Source: Eledone cirrhosa (taxonomy: Eukaryota). Taken from it: a stretch of DNA of 64,000 bases. This document shows positions 59,001 through 64,000 of this stretch, in pieces. Position numbers and translations under genes: made by a program. The stretch covers positions 52,204,001-52,268,000 of the forward strand of contig OZ024740.1 of the NCBI GenBank assembly GCA_964016885.1, in the 5' to 3' direction. How positions within the stretch are numbered: the stretch's first letter is position 1; every line of letters starts with the position of its first letter. The notes under the pieces are model-generated. The model was given only the letters and a program-made list of their open reading frames with translations, had not been told where the DNA came from and made no database searches.

Positions 59001-59250
59001 GCGTGTGTGTGCGTGTGTGCTCGCGTGTGTGTAATAAAAAAATCAATCGATGTGAAAATGGAAAAAGGAAAAATAGTGCTCAATCTGGTATGAGAGGTGA
59101 TATATTATATTATTTATTTATGTTTATACATGGAACAAGAGTGCTACCCAAGGTATCAAGATCCAATTATGACCAACTCCCCAGATAGAAAAGTAAAAAA
59201 TGAGAAATGGTCATAATTGGATCTTGATACCTTAGTAGCGCTTTTGTTCC

Positions 59251-59618
59251 GTGTAAGGGTGTTGGACTTATGATCATAATGTAGGGGGTTCGATTCCTGG
59301 GTTGGGTTGCGTGTGTGTTCTTGAGCAAAACACTTCATTTCACGTTGCTTCAGTATACTCAGCTGAAAATGAGTACCAGCAATAACTGAGGGTTTAACTG
59401 TGTCAGTAAAACTGAGTAGACGGAAACTGTTTCGAAGCCCGTCGGATTGACTGTACCTGTAATTCAAAGGGTCAGCTTTGTCACACAATGTGTTGTACTG
59501 AATCTGCCTGATAATTAGGTTAAGAGTACACATGTCTGTGGAACGCTCAGCCACTAACATGCTATTTTCATGAGTAAGCTGTTAAACGCTCGTCGTCGAA
59601 AGTGACGGAGCTCCAACG
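59251..59618 (+). mobile_element. Second tRNA-derived SINE family
   Basis: B box GGTTCGATTCC, body cttgagcaaaacacttcatttcacgttgc. Confidence 0.7.
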
Positions 59619-59874
59619 ATCGATCGATATCTTAAGTATGTACCTCAGTATAGCTATAAACGTATAAAAGAATATAAAGTTTGTGCAAATCTCCACACAA
59701 CTGTTCTATTTCTTTCGCTCCTCTTTTATTCCTTTATCCGGTATGATGGATCCTACACCCAACCATACTCCCTTACACTACACTCTACTCTCTACTCTCA
59801 AGAAGGAAGCCCTACACATAATTTCTATGAAAATAATTCCACACTCCCTTTCTGACTCATTATTTCTTCCTCTC

Positions 59875-59913
<39 letters not shown>

Positions 59914-60086
59914 CTCTCTCACACACACACACACACACACATATAAGCACACACACACATACACACACACACTCCCAAATACACACACACACAGCGCACA
60001 GATTTTCTCACCTGTTTTCTCTCTCTCCCTTCCTCCCTCTCCTTTCTTTCTAAACATTGTATGATTATGTTTCTTTTCCAGCTGTT

Positions 60087-60134
<48 letters not shown>

Positions 60135-60508
60135 GTATTAAAACTACCGATGGGAACCAAAATGATATATTGAAAGCTATGTTGTCTCAGGAATTGATAT
60201 TAAAACTATCAAAGACCCGTTTGAAGAGGGATAATGCAATTATTATACCTCAAACCGACTCCATATGTTTAAAGGGCACCGCTAAATCGACTCCACTTTT
60301 TTCATTTATTTATTTGTTATCGCTTTTGAAATCAAGATTGTGCGAAAAAGGATGAACCCACTAGAATTTGAACCCTAAAGGAGATTGAAAAGAGGTTTAG
60401 ATGATAAACTATGCTCTCTGATTTTTTTTTTCTTACCCTCTCATACTGTTGTCTCTCTTTATTTATTTCATTCTCTCTCTCTTTATCTCCATTTGTTTCT
60501 CTCTCTCA

Positions 60509-60543
<35 letters not shown>

Positions 60544-61420
60544 GGTGTGTGTGTATATTTATTCCTTACTCTCTAGCTTTATCTCCTTTTGTTTCTTTCT
60601 CTCTCGCTCTCTCTCACTCACACACACACTATCCCTCTCCCACATACACACTCTCCATCTCGCATTCAATCAAATACCCCTTCATACACACACACTCCCT
60701 CATACACACTTCTCTTCTCTTTCCATAACTTCCTTTAAAACTCTTAATAGATAATGTGGAATATGTAATGTCGAGTTGAAGAGAATTAGTTGAATAAAAG
60801 GTGTAACAGAGGAATTTGGTTTCAAGAAATAATTTTACATCTTGGTGATTCTCAGGAATTTTAACTTGTGTGCATGCGTGTATATGTGTGTGTATATGTG
60901 TGTGTATATGTGTGTGTATGTGTGTGTATGTCTGTGTGTGTGCGTGCGTGTGTATGTTTCCCTTCCTTTTTTTAATAAATTACCGCATTCTAGAGTTAAT
61001 AATAAATTACCGAGTTCTAAAGACTCGAGTTATAGGTTTAAGAAAAAAGAATTCTTTCACACACAGCCCCCCCCCCCCACAACACGCACACAAATGGCCG
61101 CTATAGGCGCAAGCATGGCTGTGTGATTAATATGTATGCATTTACATATGCACTTATATATGCGTGCATATATACATATCCGAAGTCAGCATTGTCTTCT
61201 ATCCTTTCGAGTTCGATAAAAAAATTTTCTTAAATGTACGAATCCAGTACTGGGGTCAATTCTTTCTCTGTATCGCTTTCTCACTGCCTCTCTATCACTC
61301 CCTATCCATCTCTGGAAGAAATCGCTGTGTTCAGACTTGGAGGGGAAATGTCCATAAGATGTTGTATGACGGCACCCCTATGACTGCAGCAGGAGTTACG
61401 GGAAAAAGAGAATATATATA

Positions 61421-62215
61421 TATAAACAGAAAAAATGAAACGAAATTTCATTTCTCACTCTTAGGACGGCTGTTACTTAAATATAAGTATGTATACGTAC
61501 ATACATATATGTATACAGACGTTCAGTAGTATGTATACATACATGCACACATATATATATGTACGTATGGATTCACCGAACATTTATTATAATGCTCGCT
61601 GTGTTTGTAAACACGATGTGTTTGTAAACACGGCTTAATACGGGATGTTTGTTTACAAACACACCGAGCATTATAATAAATGTTCGGTGAATCCATACGT
61701 ACATATATACATGTGTGCATGTATGTATATATATATATACATAGTACTGTACGTCTGTATACATATATGTATGTACGTATACATACTTATATTTAAGTAA
61801 CAGCCGTACTAAGAGTGAAAAATGAAATTTCGTTTCATTTTTTCCGTTTATCGTTTTCGGTACCACGGCCGATTAACTCACTCGATATGCAAATTAGGCT
61901 GCTCAGCCGTTAATATGCATAAGGAAAGTATATACTTTCAGACGTTCAATCATCTGACAGGAAGGTATACGTTGCTGACGATAGCTAATAAGCTTGAAAC
62001 TAGTAGAGCGTTCCTTTGTCAGTGTTGAACAAATGAGCAACGATGGTTGCTAGACACTGTACGGCTTAATTCGGGATGTTTGTTTACAAACACACCGAGC
62101 ATTGTAATAAATGTTCGGTGAATCCATACGTACATATATATATGTGTGCATGTATGTATATATACATACTACTGTACGTCTGTATACATATATGTATGTA
62201 CGTATACATACTTAT
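61421..62215. mobile_element. Family B element (inverted arm plus 1.4 units, period 431)
   Basis: Homologous to 35213-36265; HHR at 61970-62010 with core intact but helix I disrupted. Confidence 0.8.
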
Positions 62216-62386
62216 GTATATATATACAAATGGAAGTTTAGTAAAATCGAAGTTTTGGCTGTGGCCACGCTAACGATATACAGTTAGGAATGTGCAGCAA
62301 AGCACTCGATAAGGCTGTGTCACCTTAGAGTAATTAACATACGTTAGATAGCGAGACAAATTGAAAACTGCGGCAGGCGAACCTAG

Positions 62387-62444
<58 letters not shown>

Positions 62445-62954
62445 CTTTGGAGAGATCATTTTTTTCAATTTTGAATCAACGCCAATGTGTTTCCTGGTTA
62501 TGGTCAGGTCTGGGTTACCTTCTCTTTGATGTGAAGTCACGTGTCGCTAAAAGTCAAGGGTTACTCCTACACTCGCTGGTATTAATCAGCGTGATGTACT
62601 AGCTAGTGAACAGATCTTTCAACTCCAGGGAGGCTAAACCCCATTTATTAAGCGATCCCATGTCAGATTGCGTAACGTCACATAACATTACCCAATTTCT
62701 GCGAATAGCGGTTCCAGTCCGACTACTATTGGCAGATTGGAATGGTGGTAACTGATGCTTTTGTCATTCGTCGGTCCGGGAACATGGAAAATTCAAATTT
62801 CTACCCATACAAAGTCGCTTTCCTAACTGTTTAACGTAAGTGTCCACTCTAGTTGTTAGGTCTGTATTTTTAAAATTATAAACATTATTAAACTATTGAG
62901 TGAATGAGAAAACGACCGAGGCTATGTTAATTACATCTGACTAGCTTCATTCAT

Positions 62955-63021
<67 letters not shown>

Positions 63022-63198
63022 AAAGGTAAACAAAAATAACAACACAATCGATGGAATATATGCAAGTAAGTATGTTTTGAAAGAGCGAGCGAGTTTGAAA
63101 TTAGAGATAGAAGCTTTCGCCGTATTTTTTACTAAAGAAATTTTAGACTGATACTGGAGTCTAGAACCCTCTAAGAAATGGAAAAAGATGAGTATTGA

Positions 63199-63261
<63 letters not shown>

Positions 63262-63265
63262 ATAT

Positions 63266-63302
<37 letters not shown>

Positions 63303-63677
63303 GGAATGAAAAATAGCGTGCTGTGTTGTTGCGAATGTGATACATATGAAGTATTATTAGAAAGAGAAGCCGGGACTATCCTTCATCAGTGGTCTACTAG
63401 CCAGCATAGGTATTTCTTCGCATTAAAGATCAGATACCTCCGGCCATCGCGAACAATAACTAAAATAAGTTATTGGGATGAAAAGAATTGGGTGGAGAAA
63501 GAGAGACAGGTGAAGAAATAAAAATGATGAGGCAACGTAAAGAGAGGAAAAATGAGGAAATCAAGTCAATGATTCATTTGAACATAAGAACTTGCGAACA
63601 TTGACGAGAAGATATATATATCAGATAGGGTGTGGTAAAAAATACTTGGGGTAGTAGAGTGGGTAATATGAAAAGAT

Positions 63678-63778
63678 TCAGGACCCCGACGGCTGAGTTC
63701 CGGCCGTTTCGACAGCTAGATCCGAACTGTTCGGATCTTGCTCTCGAAACGGCCGGAGCTCAGCTATCGGGGTCTTGA
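63678..63778. repeat. GC-rich 50-bp-arm hairpin in a mini-element (63620-63790)
   Basis: Arms 63678-63727/63729-63778; each arm contains GAAAC-GGCC-GG, a 3'-half hammerhead-like motif. Confidence 0.85.
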
Positions 63779-64000
63779 CCCTTTTTATATATATATTATA
63801 ATTTTCATAGGTTTCGGCCAGTATTGGCTCAGGCCAGATCTAACTTAATAGCATCACCCTGCAATATGAATAAATTGTATATAAATATACACATTTATAA
63901 TACGTAGGTATATAAACACACCAGAAAATATGAAATTCCCTGTAAATTGAAAATATGATAAACACCTTTAATCGATTGTCAGCTCTAGCTGTGTTACTTT

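Noticed and set aside
63300-63395. CTGATGA on the minus strand near (TA)n
   Set aside because: No downstream GAAA/UH half found.

Overview
AT-rich, microsatellite-dense eukaryotic DNA with no recognisable host protein-coding exon. The tRNA-derived SINEs and the repeat landscape suggest an Octopus-type cephalopod (inference). Nearly everything identifiable is retroelement-derived. Three distinct Penelope-like elements (PLEs; RT plus C-terminal GIY-YIG) carry inverted pseudo-LTRs. There are also many short non-coding foldback or partially tandem elements inserted in (TA)n, remnants of Tx1/L1-like, RTE, R4/Dong-like (RLE) and CR1 LINEs, SINEs, a Helitron-like element and a probable hAT remnant. 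The main signal, read by eye, is about 27 type-I hammerhead ribozyme (HHR) motifs, intact or decayed, from about 11 sequence families. Most families have their own palindromic helix III. They include retrozyme-like ~430-525 bp tandem units, HHRs with a very long helix II, a recurrent one-short-end/one-long-end insertion architecture, and a shared GAGYNCTYT-like motif in the long-end tails of unrelated families. All structures were folded by hand; coordinates of decayed elements are approximate.
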